The position numbers and the translations under genes were made by a program. From Candidatus Thorarchaeota archaeon (lineage in GTDB: Archaea > Asgardarchaeota > Thorarchaeia > Thorarchaeales > Thorarchaeaceae), in the NCBI GenBank assembly GCA_019057475.1, contig DXJO01000008.1:1-64000 (forward strand): a DNA stretch of 64,000 nucleotides, written 5' to 3'. The notes below the pieces were generated by a model. That model had not been told where the DNA came from. It saw nothing but the letters and a program-made list of their open reading frames with translations, and did no database searches. Of the stretch, positions 10,127 through 18,782 are shown one piece after another. How positions within the stretch are numbered: position 1 is the first letter of the stretch; each line of letters begins with the position of its first letter.

Positions 10127-10869
10127 GCAACTTTACCATAGAACGTGTGAATACGGGAGTTCCAGGCTTGGACGAGCTTGTGGAGGGTGGGTTTCCAAAG
10201 GGAGATACCATCCTTGTCGCGGGCAAAGCTGGAACCGGGAAGAGCGCGCTCGCAATCCAGTTTCTGTATAACGGTGCGCTGCAATACGGAGAGGCCGGCG
10301 TTTTAGTGACGTTGGAAGAACCCCCTCATCTCATCAAGCGGAATATGATGATTTTTGGAATGGACCTTGCGAAGCTGGAGAAGGAGCGCAAACTGGCAAT
10401 AGTTGACCTATCACCTTCCAAGGAAGTGACTCCTGTCACCATGGGCGAATTTCCAAGCTTTGACCTCTCGGGCTTGGAAGCAATCATCATGAGTCATGTG
10501 AAGAAACTGAAGGCAACGAGGGTTGTAATCGACACACTCTCAATCTTGGCATACAAATTCCGAAGCAGAGACATTCTTCGTGAGGAATTCTTCAAACTTA
10601 CAGCTAATATAACCAAGAGTGGTGTCACCCTACTCCTGACAAGTGAGATTCCTGAACACCACCTCGGGCTAGGAGTCTTTGATATCGAGGCCTTTATGGC
10701 TAGCGGTGTCTTAGTGCTATACTACGAGAAAATTAGCGATACTCTGCGGTCTAGATCAATAGAGGTGTTGAAGTTAAGAGGATCGAAGCACAGCTCTAGG
10801 ATACACCCGATGAGGATCACAGAAATAGGGGTCAGAGTGTTTCCGGGAGAGATAAGTCCCGGTGTTTAA
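10123..10869 (+). CDS. Single-domain KaiC/RAD55-family ATPase (CI-like)
   Basis: TGVPGLDEL, Walker A GKAGTGKS, catalytic LEE, RVVIDT, KLRG finger, B-loop-like DLSP...FDLSGL. Confidence 0.92.
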   Translation: MSNFTIERVNTGVPGLDELVEGGFPKGDTILVAGKAGTGKSALAIQFLYNGALQYGEAGVLVTLEEPPHLIKRNMMIFGMDLAKLEKERKLAIVDLSPSKEVTPVTMGEFPSFDLSGLEAIIMSHVKKLKATRVVIDTLSILAYKFRSRDILREEFFKLTANITKSGVTLLLTSEIPEHHLGLGVFDIEAFMASGVLVLYYEKISDTLRSRSIEVLKLRGSKHSSRIHPMRITEIGVRVFPGEISPGV

Positions 10870-10888
10870 TGTATAAATCGAGTCTGAG

Positions 10889-11614
10889 GTGCCTATGTTG
10901 GGAAAGAACGAGTCCAAGAGTCCCTGCATTGGTAAGCCCAAAACAGCGCGTCCCATGATGGCTGATTTCGTCCAGTTCGGGCAATTGACACAGGTGTCTT
11001 GCATGCTTGTAGGCCCGCTTGGATCTGGGAAAACTACTTACGCCGAGGCATTTCTGGCAGACGGACTGAAGCTTGGTTTCCCCGCAGTCTACGTGACTAC
11101 TGATGTTTCTCCACGCGTAGTGAGAAATGACATGAGCCGGCATGGTTGGATTATCGAGCGCTGCGAATCATCTGGACATTTCGTATTCATCGATGGATAC
11201 TCGGAGCGGATGGGAGCTCCCATTGCCAGTGGTGCTCGCTCTCTTGCGAAGGTGGAAGACATCACGGAACTGGGTATAGTTCTCTCCGGGGTTCTAGAGA
11301 ACATGGTGTGCGCGCGAGTAGTCATCGACAGCCTCTCAACCTTGATACTGCATTCAAATCCTGCAACAATGCCCAGATCAGTTCAGCGACTTGGCGGACG
11401 TGTTACACAGAACTCTCACAGTATCATGTTCATTCTCGAGGATGGTGTCCACGACGAGAAGACATACGCAACCTACTCGTATCTTGTGGACGCAGTCCTA
11501 CGTTTCAGAATTGATGAAAGCGGCTCCGAACCCGCTCACCAAGTGAGGATGGATCGGATGCGGAGCACTGAAGCCTCAAGAGAATGGCATGACTTCGTTA
11601 TCGGTTCTCCGTGA
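10889..11614 (+). CDS. Second single-domain KaiC/RAD55-family ATPase (CII-like, divergent)
   Basis: GPLGSGKT, RVVIDSLS, YSYLVDAV, RMRST; TTD in place of the catalytic EE. Confidence 0.85.
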   Translation: MPMLGKNESKSPCIGKPKTARPMMADFVQFGQLTQVSCMLVGPLGSGKTTYAEAFLADGLKLGFPAVYVTTDVSPRVVRNDMSRHGWIIERCESSGHFVFIDGYSERMGAPIASGARSLAKVEDITELGIVLSGVLENMVCARVVIDSLSTLILHSNPATMPRSVQRLGGRVTQNSHSIMFILEDGVHDEKTYATYSYLVDAVLRFRIDESGSEPAHQVRMDRMRSTEASREWHDFVIGSP

Positions 11615-11667
11615 AAGCTTTTAATGGTGTAATGCCAGAGTCAGCCTGACCCATGGGAGAGGTGTAA

Positions 11668-13959
11668 GTGGAGTCTATTATAGTCGCTGCACTAAGGGAT
11701 ATTCTGTGTGCATCCATGTCCCTCGACGATGGTCTCTCCACAATTCAACAGATGGTCGGTGATGATGCGGTTACTGCTTTTGAAGTTGCACGTGCGATAG
11801 AGGAGATCATTCTCCGGCGCCCCAGCCTTGCGAGTAACAAACTTATGGAGATATCAATCAAGCTCGCTTCTGACAAGAATACTATGCTTCCGGATATGCT
11901 GATGCTCCTTGACACACGATACGTAAGTGCACACAGTCGTGTCGAAACTGAGATACTTCCCGACAAAGCTGCGATTCCGAAGTTGTTGGACCTCTTGGGA
12001 AACCTCTCGGATGCAATAGAGTCATCACTTAGGTTGAACCTGCGGCCGCTCCTTCCGTTTCTTGCTGATGAATTACTCGCGACACTTAACGCAGTTCATT
12101 CCCGCGCCCACAAGGCGTCAACCGCTCTTGCTCTGAGGGAAATTCATTACTTAACTTGGATTCTGACTAATGCAGGACTATTCGAAGAGGCCGAGGCTCT
12201 CCTGAATCGCCTAACAGTTCTCGCAAAGGAGATGAAAATCCACGACCTCTGGTTTGATGCATCTCTTGATGAGGCTGGAGCTCTTACGGAGTTGGCCATG
12301 TTCAATGAGGCTCGAGAAATTCTGCAGGAACTCAGGTCACTAGCTGATAAACAAAAGGATCCAGTTCGACAAGCCGCAGTTGCGTTGCAGCTCAGCATCA
12401 CCGAAACAAGAGATGATTCAGTTTCTCACGAAGAAGCCCGGAAATCGGGTGATAACGCAGCAGAATTGGTTCAGAAGATTCTGGATTCCGGGAGTGACGG
12501 CAGCGGGGGATTGGGTCTGGCGCAACTCATTATCGGCTCCAACATCTTGGCAAACGGCTGGCGATTAGCAGTTCCACAAGCACTCGAGAGACTTGAATCC
12601 GGACTAGAAGTGTTTGAACAGATTGAAGAACCTGATACAGCGCAGTCACTTCTCTTGGCCAAGTGCTTGTCGGATTTGGGATTCGCTCACGGACTTATGA
12701 GAGACCATGAGAGTGTCACCAAAAGCATAGAATATCTTGAGAGGGCCAAGACATGCCTTCGAAGCCTTGAGAAACACAGCTATGATTCCAGTGTGGATGT
12801 AGCTAGATGCGAGCATGCGATTGGATGGATCTGCCTTGGAACCGACTCTGATGAACTATGGCCAGTAGGACTGAAGGCATTTCAGAACGCAGTCAAAGCC
12901 AGAGAGAATCTACGGGATGAGGGTGCAGTTTCCGAGCTCGAGCTTGTTGGTAGCAAGATGGGACTAGCGCTCTCGCAGATGAGGCTTCTAGAACGTGCTG
13001 AGAGTGATGATGAGGACATCATTCGTGAAACCTTGGTCCAGTACATACCGCTTTTTCCCACAGATACTCGTTCAGTTGCTGAGGCTGCAATTACAACTTA
13101 CAATCTTGTATGGCTAGCAACTAGGCACGGAGCAGCACTGCCTGACAGGCTCCTGAGGTTGCTTGACGATTTGGACCGAATGTTCTCTGATGCGCGGACC
13201 CATTCCGACTCAATTTTCTTCCAAGGTGCTTTCCTCGTGGTGCCTTTCGTGAATGCATCTTGGCAAGCCCTCTATGATCGAGCTAGTCAGATGACCGAGG
13301 ACACATTCGAGCTCTCAGACGCATCTTTTGTCGTGGCAGCGCTGGCGAAATCGAAGATGAATATCGATGCACTGAGTCTTGAGTCAAGTGTTCGCATCCT
13401 GCAGCCCGTGACTGAGGATTTGCAGAGTGCCGACCCCCTCCTCGCGCAATACTGGACTGGTCAGACTTCGTTGGCAAGAACAGTGAAAGCGTTCTATCAA
13501 CAGAAGGATTTCTCAGAGCTTGCTAGTGGTCTTTATGAATCAGCGGTGAACCTAAGGATGGTTGACTTGGTGAAGCCGACCTCCGGAGAATCGGTGGAGT
13601 TCATCCGGGCAACATCACTCTCCCTTTCCAGAGTTTTGATGCGCTTTGCTATCGCCTTGGAGCATCGATACGATGTTAAGATTGACAAGAAGCAATACAA
13701 TGATGTGCCTGATGACGTTGTCTTTGATCAGATTGATTTCGTTCTTGCAGAAGACTGGCTTGGACTTATGAAGATCGCAGAAGCCTATCTTGAGATGGTT
13801 GAAACGTCTGAAACTGTGCGTGCCGAACCCTACCTCAATGCTGTCTTCTCGAACGTGGCCCGCGCGCTTAGAATGATGGACAAGGTAGCACTTGTTGATC
13901 GACGAGTACTTTCGTTTCTAGGCGATGCAATGAACAAACGTTACTACTTGCGAAGTTGA
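11668..13959 (+). CDS. Large all-helical TPR-like protein
   Basis: Repeated 'A...LG..H........A.EY.E.A' helical pairs; Leu/Ala/Glu-rich. Confidence 0.65.
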   Translation: MESIIVAALRDILCASMSLDDGLSTIQQMVGDDAVTAFEVARAIEEIILRRPSLASNKLMEISIKLASDKNTMLPDMLMLLDTRYVSAHSRVETEILPDKAAIPKLLDLLGNLSDAIESSLRLNLRPLLPFLADELLATLNAVHSRAHKASTALALREIHYLTWILTNAGLFEEAEALLNRLTVLAKEMKIHDLWFDASLDEAGALTELAMFNEAREILQELRSLADKQKDPVRQAAVALQLSITETRDDSVSHEEARKSGDNAAELVQKILDSGSDGSGGLGLAQLIIGSNILANGWRLAVPQALERLESGLEVFEQIEEPDTAQSLLLAKCLSDLGFAHGLMRDHESVTKSIEYLERAKTCLRSLEKHSYDSSVDVARCEHAIGWICLGTDSDELWPVGLKAFQNAVKARENLRDEGAVSELELVGSKMGLALSQMRLLERAESDDEDIIRETLVQYIPLFPTDTRSVAEAAITTYNLVWLATRHGAALPDRLLRLLDDLDRMFSDARTHSDSIFFQGAFLVVPFVNASWQALYDRASQMTEDTFELSDASFVVAALAKSKMNIDALSLESSVRILQPVTEDLQSADPLLAQYWTGQTSLARTVKAFYQQKDFSELASGLYESAVNLRMVDLVKPTSGESVEFIRATSLSLSRVLMRFAIALEHRYDVKIDKKQYNDVPDDVVFDQIDFVLAEDWLGLMKIAEAYLEMVETSETVRAEPYLNAVFSNVARALRMMDKVALVDRRVLSFLGDAMNKRYYLRS

Positions 13960-13980
13960 TAACGCAAGTAGATGGAGCAA

Positions 13981-16068
13981 CTAGCTATTATTCATCGTGG
14001 CTTCTCTGTAGCCTCCGCTCTTGGCTCCCCAGGTGGCCCAGCCAGAAGTGGATGTTCTAATTTCGGTTGCCAGACCGAAGGACTCACGCACGGGAATTTC
14101 CGCGGTTATTCTATAGAGGCCCCTCTCCGAGTCTATCTCGAGAACTTGACCCTTGCGCCTTGCCAATATTGCAGTCAGATTACCAACATGTTCCTCCGGC
14201 GCGCTGATCTCTAGACGAGTCCAAGGTTCCAGAACAACTGGGTTTCCTGCTTGAATGCTCTTCCTTGTGGCCTGAAGTAGTGGCTGGGTTATCTCTCGCC
14301 ACGAAGATTCGGGACCTTCGACTCGAATCTTGGCTTCATCAATGACCACTACCAGTCTACGCATTCTCTCCCCTGCCACAGGCCCACTGCGGATGATTGC
14401 TCGGAACCCCTCCCTTATCCATTCCGCTTCGTCGGATGTTGGTTCAATCTTTCCTGTTGAATCAACCAAGTAACACCCAGAGATGTGTTGTGAATCCAGC
14501 AGTGTTCCGTACGCTGCAAGATCTTGTCCTTCCTTGAACAGCAGTGCACGCACGGTGAACTCACTCGTGGTGGCATCTCCATCTGAGCATCCATCTCCGT
14601 CTGCTGTTAGCTGTTCTTTGAGCAGGACCATCGGTTTGCCCAGCACAATTTCTATCCCTACGCGCGTAAGCTTCTCAACACTGATCTCGATGTGAAGCTC
14701 TCCAGCTCCTGACAGAAGCATCTCACCTGTTTCTGGATTCGTTTCGAACACAAGTGCTGGGTCCGTTTCCGCGAACTCAGCGATTGGTTGCTGTATTGAA
14801 CTTAGATTAGCCAGAGCCTTCGGCTCTATGGTATACGTGACCACAGGTTCCGTTGGGTACTGCAGCTCGCTCATCGGAATGATTCCTTCTTGGCCCTTCT
14901 CCACGAGAGTATCTCCGACAGCTAGGTTTCTCACGCCAGTTATGAATGCCAGATTCCCTGCTGGCACTGATGGTAGGGCTATCCGTAGCTTGGACATGAA
15001 GAGACCGACTTGCAGTGTCTTTCCATGTTCTTTTGTCCGAACATTCACGAGTGGACTTCCCCGTTGTAGAGTTCCCGAGAATACCCTAACAGCTGCAACT
15101 AATCCCGCATGTCTATCGGGTTGGACATCTCCTACGAGGAGAACGCAAGGACCTGCAGTGGAACACTTCACGAGACCTGTTCCCACCTTTGTTTTGACAT
15201 CGCCTTTCCAAAAGCTAGGAATGCGATATGCCTGTGCACGAACAGGGTTCGGGCAAACATCAACAACTGAGTCTAGTATAACTTCCGCGACCGGATATTT
15301 CTGAGAGAGGACTTGTCGATCCTCGCCTTGATAGACCTCGACAATCTCCTCAATGATTTCAACAAACGCATCTGCCAAATCTGCAGGCTTCGTGCTCCCT
15401 CCTGCTCTTGACTTCAGTGTGCCAAGACCCACGCCCCACTTGTCTAACGCGGAACCGACGCACAGAGACCCTCTACTGAAAGAGACCTCCCAACTCTCCA
15501 GAAGGTCGTCCCCGAGGTATTTACCGAGCATGGCATTAAACTCTCTGACGGTCTTGTTGATTTCTTCAGCCACTTTTCTGGGTCCGAGCCTTCTTTCTTT
15601 GATGAGTCGGTCAACCTTGTTTACAAACAACGTTGGTCGTACGAGTTCATCCATCGCCTGTCTTGTCACGGTCTCAGTCTGAACCATTATTCCTTCAACA
15701 ACATCGACAACGATGATTGCACCATCCGTCAGCCTCAGTCCTCTAGTGACGTGGCTTGAGAAGTCGATGTGTCCTGGCGTGTCTATCAGGTGGATAAGAT
15801 GCTCTTGGTCTTCCTTCTGGTGTATTAGTGTTATCCCGGATGCCTTGATGGTTATGCCTCTCTCTTGCTCTATCAAGTCGTAGTCCATCAGTCTGGCTGT
15901 TGCCGCGATATCTTTCGAGAGAAGACCGGAGGCTGCTATCAGGGAGTCCGTGAGAGTTGTCTTTCCATGATCGATATGTGCAATGATAGTACAGTTTCGA
16001 ATCTGCTCTGTGCCTTCAATGAGACCAACTGCGCGCTCATTAACGAATTTCTTGTAGATGCGAGACAA
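13981..16068 (-). CDS. Elongation factor 2 paralogue (aEF-2p-like) lacking the diphthamide HRG motif
   Basis: AHIDHGKTT, RGITI, DTPG, NKVD, GAGELH; domain IV loop reads IRVEGPESSWREI instead of ..IHRGP.Q. Confidence 0.88.
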   Translation of the reverse strand: MSRIYKKFVNERAVGLIEGTEQIRNCTIIAHIDHGKTTLTDSLIAASGLLSKDIAATARLMDYDLIEQERGITIKASGITLIHQKEDQEHLIHLIDTPGHIDFSSHVTRGLRLTDGAIIVVDVVEGIMVQTETVTRQAMDELVRPTLFVNKVDRLIKERRLGPRKVAEEINKTVREFNAMLGKYLGDDLLESWEVSFSRGSLCVGSALDKWGVGLGTLKSRAGGSTKPADLADAFVEIIEEIVEVYQGEDRQVLSQKYPVAEVILDSVVDVCPNPVRAQAYRIPSFWKGDVKTKVGTGLVKCSTAGPCVLLVGDVQPDRHAGLVAAVRVFSGTLQRGSPLVNVRTKEHGKTLQVGLFMSKLRIALPSVPAGNLAFITGVRNLAVGDTLVEKGQEGIIPMSELQYPTEPVVTYTIEPKALANLSSIQQPIAEFAETDPALVFETNPETGEMLLSGAGELHIEISVEKLTRVGIEIVLGKPMVLLKEQLTADGDGCSDGDATTSEFTVRALLFKEGQDLAAYGTLLDSQHISGCYLVDSTGKIEPTSDEAEWIREGFRAIIRSGPVAGERMRRLVVVIDEAKIRVEGPESSWREITQPLLQATRKSIQAGNPVVLEPWTRLEISAPEEHVGNLTAILARRKGQVLEIDSERGLYRITAEIPVRESFGLATEIRTSTSGWATWGAKSGGYREATMNNS

Positions 16069-16075
16069 CTAATTT

Positions 16076-16675
16076 CTACCTGACCTTCTTCTCATAGTCC
16101 GAAACCGGTATGATCGTTTCTTCATTGCACTTACTGCATTGAAATGTGACTGCTTTCTTGGTCCTGTTCGCTTCCTTTCGTAGGGGTTGTCCACACTTGC
16201 ACACGAAACCAGCAAGGTATGCAGGATTACCCACGACAAGTCCATGCGGGGGAATATCCTTGGTCACCACTGCTCCACTGCCAATCATGCAGTATTCTCC
16301 CAGAGTTATGTTACAGATAATGACTGCATGAGCACCAATCGAGGCTCCGCGTTTTACCAGTGTCTTCGAGACCTCCCATGACTCGCCGAAGGCTCGAGGA
16401 TACATGTCATTGGTGAAGGTCATGTGAGGTCCAAGGAACACATCGTCTTCAATTGTCACTCCTTGGTACACAGAAACGCCATTCTGAATCTTCACGTTGC
16501 TGCCTATCTTGACTTCCGCATCGATGTACACTCCTTTGCTAAGGATGCAGTTCTGTCCAACAATGGCAGTTCCCCTGACATGTGCGAAGTGCCAGACCTT
16601 AGTTCCCTTTCCAATCTGAGCCCCATCATCGACTACAGCTAAGGGGTGAATGAAGACATCACTCATTTGATTCAC
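16076..16675 (-). CDS. Hexapeptide-repeat N-acyltransferase (WbpD/WlbB-like) with C-terminal Zn ribbon
   Basis: TKVWHFAHV, KIQNGVSVY, FTNDMYPRA, VGNPA, CKCG...CSKC. Confidence 0.88.
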   Translation of the reverse strand: MNQMSDVFIHPLAVVDDGAQIGKGTKVWHFAHVRGTAIVGQNCILSKGVYIDAEVKIGSNVKIQNGVSVYQGVTIEDDVFLGPHMTFTNDMYPRAFGESWEVSKTLVKRGASIGAHAVIICNITLGEYCMIGSGAVVTKDIPPHGLVVGNPAYLAGFVCKCGQPLRKEANRTKKAVTFQCSKCNEETIIPVSDYEKKVR

Positions 16676-16700
16676 AGCGCATGTTCAACCTTGGACGGAG

Positions 16701-17336
16701 TTAACTCTTGCTCTTTTTCTTCTTTTTGCGCTTCTCTTTCGTAAGCGGTGACGCCCAGAGCGTGCCCTTGTACACATCACTCGGGGGGCATCCCACGCAT
16801 TTGTCCGATATGTAGCGGGTACAATCACGGCAAACCCTGCCGCATGGGCTTGCACCGCTCTTCTTGCTCTTCGGTGATAGGTCGATTTGCAGATATTTCG
16901 GAACCACGGGGGCATTGCCGAACCAGCTCTCTGACCTTCTCACTCCGTCCTCCGTCCGCATGCTACAGGTTCCCAGTATTGACTCGAGCGAGAAGGTGTC
17001 CTCTGCCACCATGACCGCGAAGAGATTGTAACGCCCCGTCACTGGAGCAAGCATCAACAGTCGCGGGCAGTGCGCGTACCTCTTCTCTATTCGGTCCGCC
17101 ACTTCCATGCTCTCGGTTTCAAGACCTATGAACAGAACCTTGGCATCAACCTCCTCAGCATTCACTGCCGCAGTGACCTGCACCAGTTTCTTGCCTACTA
17201 GCTTGTCAAGTCGCTTGCTGACTGCGACATGTGACATCCCAAGTTTCTTACCAATCTCAGATAGACTGGTCCTACCGTTCTCCATCAGGATCGAAACCAG
17301 TTTCTTGTCCACGTTATCCATAGAGCTTCTTGGCAT
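16701..17336 (-). CDS. Lrp/AsnC family regulator with C-terminal Cys cluster
   Basis: NGRTSLSEIGKKLGMSHVAVSKRLDKL HTH; VTGRYNL; PCGRVCRDC...KCVGCP. Confidence 0.88.
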   Translation of the reverse strand: MPRSSMDNVDKKLVSILMENGRTSLSEIGKKLGMSHVAVSKRLDKLVGKKLVQVTAAVNAEEVDAKVLFIGLETESMEVADRIEKRYAHCPRLLMLAPVTGRYNLFAVMVAEDTFSLESILGTCSMRTEDGVRRSESWFGNAPVVPKYLQIDLSPKSKKSGASPCGRVCRDCTRYISDKCVGCPPSDVYKGTLWASPLTKEKRKKKKKSKS

Positions 17337-17381
17337 GTGATGTTCCTCTGAGGTTTTTGGGCTGCAAAAGGCAACCCCTTG

Positions 17382-17398
17382 AGTTACAAAGGGTAACT
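17382..17398. promoter_or_regulatory. Palindrome upstream of the Lrp gene (candidate autoregulatory site)
   Basis: AGTTAC-AAAGG-GTAACT, about 45 bp upstream of the start. Confidence 0.35.
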
Positions 17399-17453
17399 AG
17401 CTCTGTATTAATGGTTACGGTGGAATCAAGATTGGGGATATCGTGCTTCCATC

Positions 17454-18101
17454 TCAGAGAGTTCTTGCTTTATCCCAATCGTGGCTATAGACATGGGCGT
17501 TGACGGACAGAGTGGTTATTGTGCCTGTAGGAATTCCTGTTCCTTCAGACACGTGTCGTAGAAGCTCTCCCAATGCATACACATTTGCAGGCCATGCGCC
17601 GTACATGTCGTTGGACCGGATAGTCACAGACAGGTCCAGTACCCCTTCACGTTCCATGAAGACGAAGTGATTCAGACACGGAACCTCGTCAGCCTTGATG
17701 TCCTTCCTTGGGTCCCATGTGGAGGCAACGGCTCTCCTTGAGTGAGGACTCTTCTTGAGCTTGGAAATTATGAAATCAATCTGGTTGATGGTCTCTGAAC
17801 CCCATGCGTTCAGACGCTCACCATAGGTATACTCGAAGTCCATCCTGTCCGGGTTAAGCAATTGCGTGGCATACTTGTCGTGCAGCACTTTCTCGCTGAA
17901 GGGGTAGTCTTCGCTCACTCTCTCAGTGTATGGGTCGACCACATGGATGAGCATGTTCCCGTGCCATCGCGTTTCAATCCCCCTCTCATCAAGACGCGAC
18001 ATACCGCTCTCCATTATTTTCCTGATCGCTCGGCGCCATCCATCAACAGGTGTCTTGACTTTTAGATACACTGGCACAATGCTCATCTCGCTCTCTGACA
18101 T
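17454..18101 (-). CDS. thyA: Thymidylate synthase (archaeal short type)
   Basis: YTYGERL, SRRAVA, VPCL, RSND...WPAN, AHVY. Confidence 0.9.
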   Translation of the reverse strand: MSESEMSIVPVYLKVKTPVDGWRRAIRKIMESGMSRLDERGIETRWHGNMLIHVVDPYTERVSEDYPFSEKVLHDKYATQLLNPDRMDFEYTYGERLNAWGSETINQIDFIISKLKKSPHSRRAVASTWDPRKDIKADEVPCLNHFVFMEREGVLDLSVTIRSNDMYGAWPANVYALGELLRHVSEGTGIPTGTITTLSVNAHVYSHDWDKARTL

Positions 18102-18402
18102 CCGAGTCGCACCCTCTATTCTAGGTTTTGCATCCTGTTTCGAGCTTCGCAAGGATACGATTCGGTCGACCGATAGCATTTCCCAAATCGCGCCAAATCC
18201 CCGGCCACTTCTGTTTCATATGTTGGTACCATTCACTAGAAAGATGTTCGTCTACTGCATCTCAAGTCGAACAAAACGCCCATGTTCGAGTTCACAGCGA
18301 AACAGGAATTTGTAGGAGTTTATGTGTAGCGTGACAGCACAATGGTGTGTGCATCATGACCTGCCCTAGACGCATTAGAATTCCACTAGAAGTTCATTCT
18401 CG

Positions 18403-18780
18403 ATGCGACAAGCTTTTTATTCAGCGCCAACAAATTGGCAATGGCCCGTCGCTCTTGGGAGCGGAGGGTGTGTTGAGCAGCCGCCGGGAGGACTACTGAT
18501 TTCGCCATCTACAGTGTACTTGATAACTCAGGAGAATTGCGCTAACTGCCCAGCAGCAAAAGCGGTTGTTCACGAAGCCTTGTCTGATACTGATGTTCCT
18601 GTGAAGATCATCAATCTAGACGACATGGATCCTGACCTTGAGTTTCGACTTCTTGAGAATCAGTTGTTCGTCGCCTCCACTCCGAGCATCATCATTGAGA
18701 GAGGCAGCACCCTGAAGATGATTCACAGCGGCGAAGTGCCCACGATCGACCAAGTCCGTAGTGCAGCTGGAGTTAGCTAG
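18403..18780 (+). CDS. Thioredoxin/NrdH-like redoxin (true start probably near 18500)
   Basis: CANC, STPSII; 2 nt before nrdD. Confidence 0.8.
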   Translation: MRQAFYSAPTNWQWPVALGSGGCVEQPPGGLLISPSTVYLITQENCANCPAAKAVVHEALSDTDVPVKIINLDDMDPDLEFRLLENQLFVASTPSIIIERGSTLKMIHSGEVPTIDQVRSAAGVS

Positions 18781-18782
18781 GC

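Noticed and set aside
9791-18780. Selenocysteine recoding in the two redoxins
   Set aside because: Both have ordinary CxxC codons and no in-frame TGA
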